Shown: positions 10,957 through 23,865 of the stretch, piece by piece
Position numbering within the stretch: the first letter of the stretch is position 1
How the letters are laid out: each line of letters opens with the position of its first letter
Assembly: GCF_963921235.1 (NCBI RefSeq)
Contig: NC_086108.1
Coordinates: forward strand, 105,340,001 to 105,404,000
Direction of reading: 5' to 3'
Length of the DNA: 64,000 bases
DNA from: Mobula hypostoma
Lineage: Eukaryota
Program-made: the position numbers and the translations under genes
Notes under the pieces: generated by a model
Database searches by the model: none
What the model was told of the DNA's origin: nothing
Seen by the model: the letters and a program-made list of their open reading frames with translations, nothing else

Positions 10957-12545
10957 ACAGAAAGTAGATCATAGAGTATTGAACAATACAAATTCTTTAG
11001 TCCACAAATGCAGAATGAAGTGTATCAGCTACAGAGAACGTGCAGTGCAGATAAAGAATAAGGTGCAAGATCAGAATGATGTAGAGTGTGAGGTTAAGGG
11101 CCCATCTTATTGTAGCAGAGTATTGTTCAATAATCTGATAACGGTGGGGTAGAAGTTGTCCTTGAGTCTGGTGGTACGTGTTTTCAGGCTTTCATATCTT
11201 CTGCCCAATGGGTGAAGGGAGAAGAAAGAATGTCTGGAGTGGGATGGATCTTTGATTATGCTGGCTGCTTTACCAAGGCAGTGAGAAGTGTAGACGGTAT
11301 CCATGGAGGAGAGGCTGGTTTCTGTGATCTGCAGTTCCTTGTGGTCACTGGCAGAGCAGTTGCCATACTAATGGAACATAATACATTGAACAGTACAGCC
11401 CAGGGACAGGCCTTTTGGCCCACAGTGATGTGCCAGACCAATTAAATCAGTAATCAAATGGCCAACTGAACTAATTTCTTCTGTCTACACAATGCCCACA
11501 TCCTTCCATTTTCCTCACATTCATGTGCCTATCCAAACGTGACTTAAAAGTGCCTAAAAGATCTGCCTCTACCCCCACCACCAAGCTGTGACGTATCCAG
11601 ATTGGATGCATGGATAGAAATTGGTGAGGGTCAATGAGGGCATTCCTAGTTGCTTTACCTTTGTGAGGAATAGAGGTGCTGGTGGCATTTCTTGGCCATG
11701 GTGTCAGCATGCAAGAGGCATTTTGAGAATCGTTCAAACACAATGGACAGAACTGCAGAATCTCTGACCATTAGTTTTCAATCTTTCTTAGTTCTAGAGA
11801 TGTTTAGATAGGCACATGAATGTGCGGACAATGGAAGGATATGGACATTGTAAAGGCAGAAAGGAATAGCTTAGTTGGACATTTGATTACTAATTTAGTT
11901 GGTTCAGCATAACATTGTGGGCTGAAGGGCCTGTTCGTGTGATGTACCATTCTCTGTTCTACCTTACAAGGGTAGCACTGGAGCATCGATGGCATTGTGC
12001 TGCTGTTTACAAAGGAGGTCAGAAAGCACAAATAAATAAAAACATAAAATGTTGGAAATACTCAGAAAGTCAGCTGGTGTGTGCTGGTATTGGAGGGCAA
12101 GTGTGATAAAAGAAGGTAAGACAAATTTGGCAACTCACAGAAAATGCTCGAGGAACTCAGCAAGCCAGGCACACATCTAAGGAAAAGAATACGGTAGATG
12201 TTTCAGTCCGAAACCTAGACTGTTCACTCCTTTCCATAGATGCTGCCTGGCCTGCTGAGTTCTTCCAGCATTTTATGTGTGTTGCTTGGATTTCCAGCAC
12301 CTGCAGATTTTCTCTTGTTTCTGATAAGACAAACTTGGGTTGTTTTCAATGGAACAGTGGAGTCTGAGTGGAAATCTGAATAAGTTCATTCATTTCTGAG
12401 AGGTATAGGTAGAGTAGACTGAAGAGATTCTGCAGATGTTGGAAATCCAAAGCAACACATACAAAATGCTGGAGAAATTCAGCAGGTCGGGCAGCATCTA
12501 TGGAGAGGAATAAACAGTCGATGTTTTGGGCCAAGACCTCCATTG

Positions 12546-12832
12546 CAGGGTGGCAGGGTAGTTAGCACAATGCTTTATAGTACAGGCAACCCGGGTTCAC
12601 TTCCCCTCACTACCTGTGAGGAGTTTTGTACATTCTCCCCATGACCGCGTGGGTTTCCTCCGGGTGCTCCAGTTTCCTCCCACAGTCGAGAGATGTACCG
12701 GTTGGGAGGTTAATTGGTCATTGTAAGTTGTCAATTAATTAGGCTAGGGTTAAATTGGGGGTTTGCTGGGTGGTGTCTTGAAGGGCTGGAAAGGCCTATT
12801 TAGTGCTTATCTATCTCAATAAATAAATAAAT
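12546..12832 (+). mobile_element. V-SINE / HE1-like SINE
   Basis: B-box-like GGTTCAC, V-domain, (TAAA)n tail. Confidence 0.8.
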
Positions 12833-13158
12833 CAGGACACTGATAGAGTAGGTAGTTGATATCATTTGTCTACCACCAGAGGACGTGCATTTAAGGTGAG
12901 AAGGGACAGGATCAAAGGAGATATGTTGGGCATGATTTTTAGACAGAGTGCTGGGGCCTGGAATATTCTGCCAGGAGCGGGTGGTGGAGGCATTTAAGAG
13001 GCTTTTAGATAGGCAAAGGTATGTGCAGGGAATGGAAGGAAATCGACATTTTGTAGGCACTACTACTACTAATTGAATTAATATGGCACAATATTGTAGA
13101 CAAAAGGGCCTGTTACGGTGATGTGCAGTACTGTATTATATCTGGTAATATATAACTA

Positions 13159-13225
13159 CAGTACTGTGACAAAGGCTTAGGTGTGTATCAATAGCTAGGG
13201 TGCCTAAGACTTTTGCACAGTACTG
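13159..13225. mobile_element. ~70-bp palindromic Tc1/mariner-type MITE
   Basis: TIR CAGTACTGTGCAAAAGTCTTAGG-like, flanked by TA. Other copies at ~14710-14778, 19325-19390, 25688-25755 and 27936-28004. Confidence 0.8.
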
Positions 13226-13435
13226 TATTTGTCAACGTGGAGCAGAGAGTGAGTTTGTAAATCTGGTGGGATGTTGGGAATGTTGAGGGGAAGTGCCATG
13301 GGAGGGGTGAGGGACAAATGGCAGAGAAGGAGTGCCAGGGATGGGAGGGAAGTGGTGTGGGTCATTTGATTCCAAACAATTGGTCTATTGATCATTACAG
13401 AATGTCTCTCTGTGCTTCCCTCTCTGTTCCCTCTC

Positions 13436-14585
13436 CCTTCCCCTTTTCCCAACCATGGATCCCCCTCTCCCTGCCCCCTTTCCCAACCACGGTTCCCCTC
13501 TCCCTGCCCCCTTTCCCAACCACGGTTCCCCTCTCCCTGCCCCCTTTCCCAACCATGGTTCCCCTCTCCCTGCCCCCTTTCCCAACCACAGATCCCCCTC
13601 TCCCAGCCCCCTTTCCCAACCACGGATCCCCCTCTCCTGGCCCCCTTTCCCAACCACGGATCCCCCCTCTCCCGGCCCCCTTTCCCAACCACGGATCCCC
13701 CTCTCCCTGCTCCCTTTCCCAACCACGGTTCCCCTCTCCCTGCCCCCTTTCCCAACCACGGTTCCCCTCTCCCGGCCCCCTTTCCCAACCACGGTTCCCC
13801 TCTCCCTGCCCCCTTTCCCAACCACGGTTCCCCTCTCCCTGCCCCCTTTCCCAACCACAGTTCCCCTCTCCCGGCCCCCTTTCCCAACCACGGTTCCCCT
13901 CTCCCGGCCCCCTTTCCCAACCACAGTTCCCCTCTCCCTTCCCCCTTTCCCAACCATGATTCCCCCTCTCCCTGCCCCCTTTCCCAACCACGGTTCCCCT
14001 CTCCCTGCCCCCTTTCCCAACCATGGTTCCCCTCTCCCTGCCCCCTTTCCCAACCACAGATCCCCCTCTCCCAGCCCCCTTTCCCAACCACGGATCCCCC
14101 CTCTCCCGGCCCCCTTTCCCAACCACGGATCCCCCCTCTCTCGGCCCCCTTTCCCAACCACGGATCCCCCTCTCCCGGCCCCCTTTCCCAACCATGGTTG
14201 CCCTCTCCCGGCCCCCTTTCCCAACCACGGTTCCCCTCTCCCTGCTCCCTTTCCCAACCACGGTTCCCCTCTCCCTGCCCCCTTTCCCAACCACGGTTCC
14301 CCTCTCCCGGCCCCCTTTCCCAACCACGGTTCCCCTCTCCCGGCCCCCTTTCCCAACCACGGTTCCCCTCTCCCGGCCCCCTTTCCCAACCACGGTTCCC
14401 CTCTCCCGGCCCCCTTTCCCAACCACGGTTCCCCTCTCCCGGCCCCCTTTCCCAACCACGGTTCCCCTCTCCCGGCCCCCTTTCCCAACCACGGTTCCCC
14501 TCTCCCGGCCCCCTTTCCCAACCACGGTTCCCCTCTCCCTTCCCCCTTTCCCAACCATGATTCCCCCTCTCCCTGCCCCCTTTCC
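13436..14585. repeat. 33-bp GC-skewed minisatellite, about 35 copies
   Basis: Unit CCACGGTTCCCCTCTCCCGGCCCCCTTTCCCAA. It explains all the long Pro/Gly-rich ORFs at 13204-14737. Confidence 0.97.
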
Positions 14586-15624
14586 ACTCTCGGTTCACAA
14601 TAGAGACCCATATCAGAATCAGGTTTATCAGCACTCGCATATGGCATAAATGTTATGAAATTTGTTTTTTTTTGTGACAGCAGTACAATGCAATATATAA
14701 TATTACTACAGTACTCTGCAAAAGTCTTGGGTGCCATAGCTATACAGTATATAAGAGCCTAAGATTTTTGCACAGTATCATTAAAGTAATATATTATATT
14801 AGTTAGATAAGATAATAAGGGACATTTATAGAAAGGATGGCCAGTGCCTTTCCCCATGGTGGAGTAGCTAAGATTTAAGCATGATTTTAAGATGATTACA
14901 AGAAAGTATCGAAGTAAGTTATTTACACAGAAAGTGATGGGTGTGTGGAACACCCTGCCTGGGGAAGTGGTAGAGTTAGATATATTAGCGACAATTAAGA
15001 GACTCTTAGATAGGCATATGTTTGAAAGACAAATGGGAGGGGCTATGTGGGAGTGAAGGGTAATATTTTTCTTAGAGTAGGTTAAAATATCTGCAGAAAG
15101 TCATGAGCCAAATGGCCTGAACTGTGCTGTGGTGTTCTCTGTTTGATGTAATTAGTGATTATAAACTGCCCATGGAGTGGATTCTGGAAAGGATTTGATG
15201 AGGACTTGGGGAGAGTAGATCACACAGTAAATATTAGTTAGGGAATGGAGTTAGTCTATAGACTTGATTTCAGATGGCCTCCATTGATGCTGTAAGGATC
15301 TTGGAGTTTTCATTCTTAGTTGTTTAGTATTAGCAGGACAAGTAGATTAGCAGACTGCAAAGGTTTACAGAAAACGTCCCCTAATCTGCATAAGAATATG
15401 CTATAAAGGAAAAAAAAGTTTAATTTAGGCTGCATTCAATGAAGGAAAAATGTGTTTTTTGCACTGTGGATGGTGTGCCTAAACTGGAAAATTGTAGCTA
15501 TGAGTAAGATGAATTGCTATGGTTTCCTTTGGAATTTCTGGAGATTTCACTGAGGTGCACACACAAAATGCTGGAGGAACTCAGCAAGTCGGGCAGCATC
15601 TATGAAGAGGAATAAATTATTTTA

Positions 15625-15980
15625 CAGTACATAGAGGTATACAAAATTATGAGGGGAATAGATAGGGTAAATGCAAACAGGCTCTTTCCAATGAGAGAGA
15701 TCATAGGTTAAGGGTGAAAAGTGAAATGTTTAAAGGGAACATGGAGGGGGAATTTCTTCACTCAAAGGGTGATGAGAGTGTGGTACAATCTGCAAGCAGA
15801 AGTGGTAGATGTGGATTCAAATTCAACATTTAAGAGAAGTTTGAATAAGTACATAGATACAAGGGGTATGGCGGCTATGGTCTAAGTGTTGGCTCATGGG
15901 ACGAGGTAAAATAATAGTTTGACACAGACTGGGTGGGCCAAAGGATCTATTTCTTTACTGTAGAGTCCTATGACTCTACG
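15625..15980 (+). mobile_element. CR1 3' end, degenerate
   Basis: EVYKIMRGIDRV / FFTQRV-like remnants and CR1 3' UTR. Confidence 0.75.
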
Positions 15981-16215
15981 ACTCCAATAAACAACTTACA
16001 TTCCAGGCCAGGACCCTTCATCAGGACTGGAAAGGAAGAAGGCAGAAGCCAGATTAAGAAGGTAATGGGAGTTGGAGGAGAAAAAGCTGCCAGGTGATAG
16101 GTGGGACCAGTTGAGGAGAAAGGTGTGTGGGTGGGTGAAGGGGTGAAGTAAGAAGCAGGAAGGGGATAGGTGGAAGAAGCAAAGTGCTGAAGAAGAAAGA
16201 ATTTGATAGGAGAGG

Positions 16216-17020
16216 ATAGAAACATAGAAACATAGAAAATAGGTGCAGGGGTAGGCCATTCGGCCCTTCGAGCCTGCACCGCCATTTATTATGATCATGG
16301 CTGATCATCCAACTCAGAACCCTGCACCAGCCTTCTCTCCATACCCCCTGACCCCCGTAGCTACAAGGGCCATATCTAACTCCCTCTTAAATATAGCCAA
16401 TGAACTGGCCTCAACTGTTTCCTGTGGCAGAGAATTCCACAGATTCACCACTCTCTGTGTGAAGAAGTTTTTCCTAATCTCGGTCCTAAAAGGCTTCCCC
16501 TTTATCCTCAAACTGTGACCCCTCGTTCTGGACTTCCCCAACATCGGGAACAATCTTCCTGCATCTAGCCTGTCCAATCCCTTTAGGATTTTATACGTTT
16601 CAATCAGATCCCCCCTCAATCTTCTAAATTCCAATGAGTACAAGCCCAGTTCATCCAGTCTTTCTTCATATGAAAGTCCTGCCATCCCAGGAATCAATCT
16701 GGTAAACCTTCTTTGTACTCCCTCTATGGCAAGGATGTCTTTCCTCAGATTAGGGGACAAAAACTGCACACAATACTCCAGGTGTGGTCTCACCAAGGCC
16801 TTGTACAACTGCAGTAGTACCTCCCTGCTCCTGTACTCGAATCCTCTCGCTATAAATGCCAGCATACCATTTGCCTTTTTCACCGCCTGCTGTACCTGCA
16901 TGCCCACTTTCAATGACTGGTGTATAATGACACCCAGGTCTCGTTGCACCTCCCCTTTTCCTAATCGGCCACCATTCGGATAATAATCTGTTTTCCTATT
17001 TTTGCCACCAAAGTGGATAA
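16216..17020 (-). mobile_element. CR1 LINE 3' fragment (young)
   Basis: Open 240-aa ORF 16314-17036 (RDLGV, LYKALVRPHLEYCVQF, RRLRGDLIETYKI, FFTQRVVNLWNSLP) and (TTTCTATG)n tail. Confidence 0.95.
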
Positions 17021-17429
17021 TGGAATAGTGGACCATGGATATAGAGATGGAGGAGGGGTACCAAAGGGAGGTGATAGGCAGCTGAGTAGGAGAAAGGGTG
17101 AGAGGATAACCAGAATGGGCAATGGAAATAAAAGAGAAGGAGGGAGGGGAAAGAAATTATTGGAAATTGAAGTAATTGATGATCATGCCAGCAGGTTGAA
17201 GGCTACAAAGGTGGAATACGAGGTGTTGCTCCTTCAACCTGTACTTGGTCTCGTCATGGCAGTAGAGAAGACCACGGGCAGACATGTCGGAATGAGCACG
17301 AGAAGTCAAGTTGAAATGGGTAATCCTTGTCGTTGAGGTGGATCAGACCATTAAAGTCCAGACAGAGTAGTCACACAGCTGACTCATGCCTGTACTGCTA
17401 GATCCAGTTCAAACTGAAATAGATTCACT

Positions 17430-18080
17430 GATGACACAATGCTGGTTGGTCTCATCGACAATGATGTCTAGACAGCATACAGAGAGGAGACAGAGCAGCT
17501 GGTAGAATGGTGAGAGCACAACAACTTGAGTCTCAACGTGGACAAGACTAAAGGGATGATTGTGGGCTTTAGGAAGGTGCAGGCTGACCACTCCTCACGG
17601 CACATTAAAAGCTCCCCTGTGGAGAGAGTTAGGACCAAGGACCAAGGGAGTGCACATAACAGATAATCTGACCTAGTTCCTCAGCATCACCTCTTTGTTC
17701 AAGAAAACACAGCAGTGTCTCCACTTCCTAAGGAGATTGATGTGAACGAGGCTTCCTTCTCCCTGTAATTGAACCAATTTTTCCAGGAGCACCATCGAGA
17801 TTATCACGACCATCTGCGTCATAGCCTGGTACAAAAATTGCAAGGCATCTGACTACAAGACCCTACTAAGGATTGTGAGGACTGCTAAGAGGATCACTGG
17901 GGTCACTCTTCCACCCACCTGAGATATTGATCAGGAAGATGCTTAGCATTGTGAAGGATCCCTTCCATCCATCCAACAATCTGCTTGATCTGCCCAGACA
18001 TCAAACAGGAGGCACTGTAGCATTTTATACAAAGATGGTTAGGATAAGAATCAGCTTCTTCCATGAGACTACTCAACTCC
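17430..18080 (+). mobile_element. Rex1/Babar relic
   Basis: NNLSLNVDKTK...GFRK and KDPFHPSNNLLDL motifs, many disablements. Confidence 0.75.
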
Positions 18081-18210
18081 CTGCCACCACCAAGGTCTCA
18101 TCACGTGTGAAGCACCAACAGCGTTATACTGTTTACTTTTTAACTTGTAAATGCACCTGATGCTAAATGTCAATCTTCTGGAATATTTTTTATTATTTGT
18201 TAATTTATTT

Positions 18211-19256
18211 GTGGCTGCCGGTTACCAGTGGTGTTCCACAGGGATCAGTGTTGGGGCCGCTTCTTTTTACATTGTACATCAACGATTTGGATTATGGAAT
18301 AGATGGCTTTGTGACTAAGTTTGCTGACGATACGAAGATAGGTGGAGGGGCCGGTAGTGCTGAGGAAACGGAGAGTCTGCAGAGAGACTTGGATAGATTG
18401 GAAGAATGGGCAGAGAAGTGGCAAATGAAGTACAATGTTGGAAAGTGTATGGTTATGCACTTTGGCAGGAAAAATAAACGGGCAGACTATTATTTAAATG
18501 GGGAAAGAATTCAAAGTTCTGAGATGCAATGGGACTTGGGAGTCCTCATACAGGATTCCCTTAAAGTTAACCTCCAGGTTGAGTCAGTAGTGAAGAAGGT
18601 GAATGCAATGTTGGCATTCATTTCTAGAGGAATAGAGTATAGGAGCAGGGATGTGATGTTGAGGCTCTATAAGGCGCTGGTGAGACCTCACTTGGAGTAC
18701 TGTGGGCAGTTTTGGTCTCCTTATTTAAGAAAGGATGCGCTGACGTTGGAGAGGGTACAGAGAAGATTCACTAGAATGATTCCGGGAATGAGAGGGTTAA
18801 CATATGAGGAACGTTTGTCCGCTCTTGGACAGTATTCCTTGGAGTTTAGAAGAATGAGGGGAGACCTCATAGAAACATTTTGAATGTTAAAAGGCATGGA
18901 CAGAGTGGATGTGGCAAAGTTGTTTCCCATGATGGGGGAGTCTAGTACGAGAGGGCTTGACTTCAGGATTGAAGGGCGCCCTTTCAGAACAGAAATGCGA
19001 AGAAAATTTTTTAGTCAGAGGGTGGTGAATCTATGGAATTTGTTGCCATGGGCAGCAGTGGAGGCCAAGTCATTGGGTGTATTTAAGGCAGAGATTGATA
19101 GGTATCTGAGTAGCCAGGGCATCAAAGGTTATGGTGAGAAGGCAGGGCAGTGGGACTAAATAGGATAAAATGGATCAGCTCATGATAAAATGACGGAGCA
19201 GACTCGATGGGCCGAATGGCCTACTTCTGCTCCTTTGTCTTATGGTCTTATGGTCT
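18211..19256 (+). mobile_element. CR1 LINE RT 3' fragment
   Basis: GVPQGSVLGPLLF, KFADDTK, PHLEYC. One in-frame TGA at 18881-18883 splits ORFs 18167-18883 and 18884-19159. (TCTTATGG)n tail. Confidence 0.95.
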
Positions 19257-20019
19257 AATATTACTTAATGTGTTGTGTGTGACTAATATGGTTCCTTGGT
19301 TTGGAGGAACATTGTTTAGTTTGGCAGTATGCAGAAGTCTTAGGCACATATGTGTAGCTAGGATGCCTAAGACATTTGCACAGTACCGTAGTAATTTTAT
19401 GTATTGCACTGTACTGCTGCTATGGAAAACAAAAAAAGGCAGGAAAATATTGCTGAGTAGAAGATCAGTTTGCTGGATGCTGAACACCCTTGAGGGGTGG
19501 AATAGAGCACAGAGCATAGAACAGTAAAGCACATTACAGGCCAATTCAGTGCATGATACCTTTAACGTGCTCCAAGACCAATCTAACCCTTCCCTTCCAT
19601 TTAGCTCACCATTTCTCTTTCATCTGTGTGCCTATCTGAGTCCCTTAAATGCCCCTAATGCACCTGCCTCTACCAACACCCATTGCAGTGTGTTTCATGC
19701 ACCAACCACTCTCTGCATAAAAAGACATACCTCTGACATCCCCCACTATAATTTCCACCAATCATCTTAAAATTATGCTCCAGTGTGTTAGCCATTTCTA
19801 CCCTGGGAAATCTCCGGCTGCACACCCACGCCATAAGAATGCTGAGGACCTGATCTGAAATGTCCCTGACCCAGGCATTTGGGAGGAAACATATTGGTGA
19901 AGGGTCTTGGCCCAAAGCGTCAACTGTTTATTCCCCTCTGTGTATACTGACAGTCCTGCTGAGTTCCTTCAGTGTCTTGTTTGAGTTGCTCTGGATTTCC
20001 AGAAACTGAAGAATCTCGT

Positions 20020-20640
20020 GTTCAAAGTTGACAGTAAATGTTATTATCATAGTACATATATGTTACCATGTGCGTCCCTGAGATTCATTTTTTGTGGGCA
20101 TACTTAATAAGTTTATGAAATAATAACCATTACAGAATCAACAAAAGACCGCCAAGTAGGGTGTTCAACCAGAGTGTAGAAGACAACAAACTGTGGAAAA
20201 AGACAAAGAAGAAATAATAATAATAATGCATAAATAAGCAATAAATATTGATAATATGAGATGAAGAGTCCTTGAAGTTGAGTCCACAGGCTGTGGGAAC
20301 ATTTTAAAGTTGGGACAAGTGAATCTGAGTGGAGGTATTCCCTTTGGTTCAAGAGCCCAATGTTTGAGGGGCAATAACTATTCCTAAACCTGGAGCTGTG
20401 AGCCCTGAGACTCCTGTATCTTCTTTCTGATGGCAGCAGCAAATATAGAACTTGTCCTGGATGGTGGGGGTCCCTGATGATGGATGCCACTTTCCCATGA
20501 CAGTGTTTCATGCAGATGAGCTCAGTGGTTGGGAGGGGTTTAACCAAGATGGATTGGGGTGTATCCACTACTCCTATGATTTTCCATTCGAGGAAATTGG
20601 TACTTCCATACCAGGACATGATGCAACCAATATGCTCTCC
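20020..20640 (-). mobile_element. Rex1/Babar 3' relic with UTR
   Basis: SIIRDPHHPGQVLYLLLPSERRYRSL...RFRNSY. Confidence 0.75.
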
Positions 20641-21269
20641 ACTTTCATTACGTTCTTTGCCATTATCCCATTATCCCATTAGATCATGTTGCATTCTGCT
20701 TTTTCCCATTGAAAGGAATTGCACTCATGTGGTTAACCATACAAGTAGATTGGGTAGTGAAGATGGAATATGACATGCCTAGCTTCACTAGGACATTGGG
20801 TATAAGAAGAGAAAATCTGCAGATGCTGGAAATCCAAAAAACACATGCAAGATGCTGGCGGAACTCAGCAGAGCAGTCAGCATCTATGGAAAAGAAGTTG
20901 ATACTGCTGATTGAGTTTAAGAGTAAATAACACATGTTGTAACTGCATAGAACTCTGGTCAGGCTGCTCCTCCAACGTTCTATGGGTGTTGCTCCATCCA
21001 GGAGTCTCTTTCATATCCACAGAATCTCCTGTCTGTCAGAACATGGACATAGATCAGCTTTGATCATATTTTATGGTGAGGCAGGCTCAAGGGCCCAAAT
21101 GGCCTTTTCATGTTCCTGCTTCATTGTCTTCTTATGTATGGTCAATGTTGAAAATGTGGGAGCCAATCCAATCCTGGTAGTTTTTCTGAGTGTTGAATTC
21201 AAAGTCTACATGGGGTATCCATCGTCAAGGACCCCCATCATCTACTGCTGCTATTGGGATGGAGATACA

Positions 21270-21691
21270 GGACCTAAGGTGTTGATAATTTGCATCACCG
21301 CTTGGTGCAAAAACACCAATACCCAGGAATGAAGGAGTCTGTAGAAAGCGATGGATGGTGAAAATGTGCCCGGTCCATCACAGGTACAGCCCTCACCACC
21401 ACTGAGCACATCTACATCTACAAGAAAGCAACATCCATTATCAAGGACACAAACCATCCAGACCGTGCTCTCTTCTCATTGCTGCCATTGGAACAGAGGT
21501 ACAGGAGCCTCAGGATTCACACCGCCGGCTTCAGGAACAGTTATTACCCCTCAACCATCAGGCTTCGAAACCAGCGTGGACAACTTCACTCACCGCAACT
21601 CTGAACTGACTCCATAAACTACCTTCAAGGACTCTACAACTCATGTTCTCAGAATTATTTATTTACTATTTATTCATTATTAATATTATTT
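21270..21691 (+). mobile_element. Rex1/Babar 3' relic (UTR continues at 22704-22885 after the L1 insertion)
   Basis: CITAWC.. and HP.RALFSLLPL..RYRSL..H..GFRNSY remnants. Confidence 0.7.
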
Positions 21692-22692
21692 AGGAAAGCT
21701 CCATTTGATAAGATTAGGTCAGATTGGGAACAGGAATTGGGGTCTATCATTTCCGTGGATGACTGGGGGCAGATTTTACAATTAGTCAATACTTCCTCTA
21801 TCTGTACTATACATTCCCGAATTCAATTTAAAGTTGTTCATAGAGCACATATGTCCAAAGATAAATTAGCTTGTTTCTATTCTCATATTAATCCTTTTTT
21901 TGTGATAGATGTCTGGGGCAGATAGCCTCTTTAACTCATATGTTTTGGTCTTGTCCTACTCTGGAAACTTTTTGGAGAGACATTTTTAATATTATCTCAA
22001 AGGTATTGAATATAGATATTTCTCCTCATCTTATTACTGCTATCTTTGGATTACCCAAAATTTCCAGTAATCTTTCCCCTTCAGCCCATAGAATGATTGC
22101 ATTTCTTACTTTAACGGCGAAAAGATGTATCTTACAACATTGGAAAGAGCCTAATGCTCCAACTACCTTTTTTTGGTTTTCCCAGACGATATTATGCTTA
22201 AATTTGGAGAAAATTAGAAGTAATCTTTATGATTCCTCACTTAAATTTGAACAGACTTGGAGATCTTTTGTTCAATATTTTCATTTAATGTAATTTTTTT
22301 TCTCTTTTGTTCCATATTTATATTCCCTTCTTGCCTTTTTTTTTAACTGTTTTTAATGGAGGTCGGGTTTGAGGACATGATTTTAAGTTCTTTAACTCTA
22401 CCTGTTTCCAAGTTAGCCCATTGCTTTGCTTTGCTTTTAGTTTAGTTGCACGGTGGGTTTTTTTTTGGGGGGGGGTCTTTTTTGGGGTTTTTTTTCCTTT
22501 TCTCTATTGATATATATATATATATAAATTAGTATACTATTATTTTACCATATTATTTTATGTTTAAATTGCACTGTTTGTATCAATTTTTTCTTCTGTA
22601 TTAATATCTCCTGTAATTTCTAACAGTGTATTAGTGCCTTTATGGTTTACCCTTTGTATACCTATTCAATAAAAAGATTAAAAAAGAAAGAA
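21692..22692 (+). mobile_element. L1-clade LINE 3' end (zf-RVT/CCHC region, 3' UTR, polyA)
   Basis: RIQFKVVHRAH...C.RC...HMFWSCPTLETFW...AKRCILQHWK. AATAAA at 22668-22673, A-rich tail, and 11-bp TSD TAATATTATTT (21681-21691 / 22693-22703). Confidence 0.9.
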
Positions 22693-23865
22693 TAATATTA
22701 TTTGTTTTTATATTATTTGCACGGTCTGTCTTTTGCTCATTAGTTGCTCAGCAGCCTTTGTGTATATTTTTCCATTGATTCTATTGTATTTCTTTGTTCT
22801 ACTATGAATGTCCAGAAGAAAATGAATCTCAGGCTAGTATGTAGTGACGTAAGTACTTTGATAATAAATTTGCTTTGAACTTTGAGGCGGAGAATCTGTA
22901 TTGTGTCTGGGTGGAACACTATCCCTCTGGAACAGCATAAGAGGCTGAAGGTGACCATCTCAGTTTTGGAACAGCATGGGGAAGTAAAGGAATATATATC
23001 CCCACAAATGCTGCCTGATTTGCTGTGTTCCTCCTACACTTTGCCTGTGTTCCTCAAGATTTCCTGCCTTTGCAGAATCTCTGGAGTTTAAGTAACGGAT
23101 TATAAAAAAATTGATCAGCCTGCCAAATATCTTGTAGATGGAGAATTCTTTTAGCAGTGTGGTAGAGGGAGTGGGTGGGAGAAAAAGCTGGAGAGGTTTG
23201 TAAGAGTTTTATCTTCTTCCAGAAATTTTCGTTGTCAGTGCTGTCAGGCTGATCGACACCTCCACCCACAAAACCACCCCACCACACTCCCTACCACCAC
23301 TCCTTCATCACTTCCTGTCAGAGTCACCCTATGTACAGTCACTCGTGCACCTAGCATCATTTTATGTATATATAATCAATCTATGTGTATAAGCTAATCT
23401 ATTTATTGTTTCTAATGTATTTGTTATGCTCATTGTGATTCTTGTACTGCATCAGATCCAGAGTAATAGTAGCTTTTTTTCCTCCTTTGCACTTCTGTAC
23501 TGAAGAATGACAGTAAACAATATTAAATGTTAACTTTGAATCTTGAATAATAAGAAGAAAAAGTCCATTGAATCAATCTTTCCTATCACTCATGGACATT
23601 CTGTTGGTTTCTCTGGAACATGATTGAAATCTGACAGATTTTGCTTGAAGCTAACATCAATTTATGAAGAAAGTCCTGCTGGCAGCTGAAACTTTAACTA
23701 TTGCTTTCTTCCCACAGATACTGCTCGACCTTCTGTTTTAAATTTCCGTTCTCGTCCCTCCCATTGGGCAGATGATGCTTGCCCTTGTACTCCCCAACTT
23801 TATTTATTCAAATTTTATTTTTGTTAGGTTTAGTTTTGAAAGGAATCCTTAAATCACATCAAACC

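Larger units (their letters stand above)
15556..17330 (-). mobile_element. Penelope pLTR/GIY-YIG 3' relic interrupted by two CR1 insertions
   Basis: pLTR tail at 15556-15618, degenerate hammerhead at ~15995-16029, and endonuclease-end remnant (TTGAAGGAGCAACACCTCGTATTC on minus) at ~17180-17330. Confidence 0.75.

Noticed and set aside
13204..14737. Long 380-480 aa ORFs on both strands
   Set aside because: By-products of a stop-free 33-bp minisatellite that is open in several frames.
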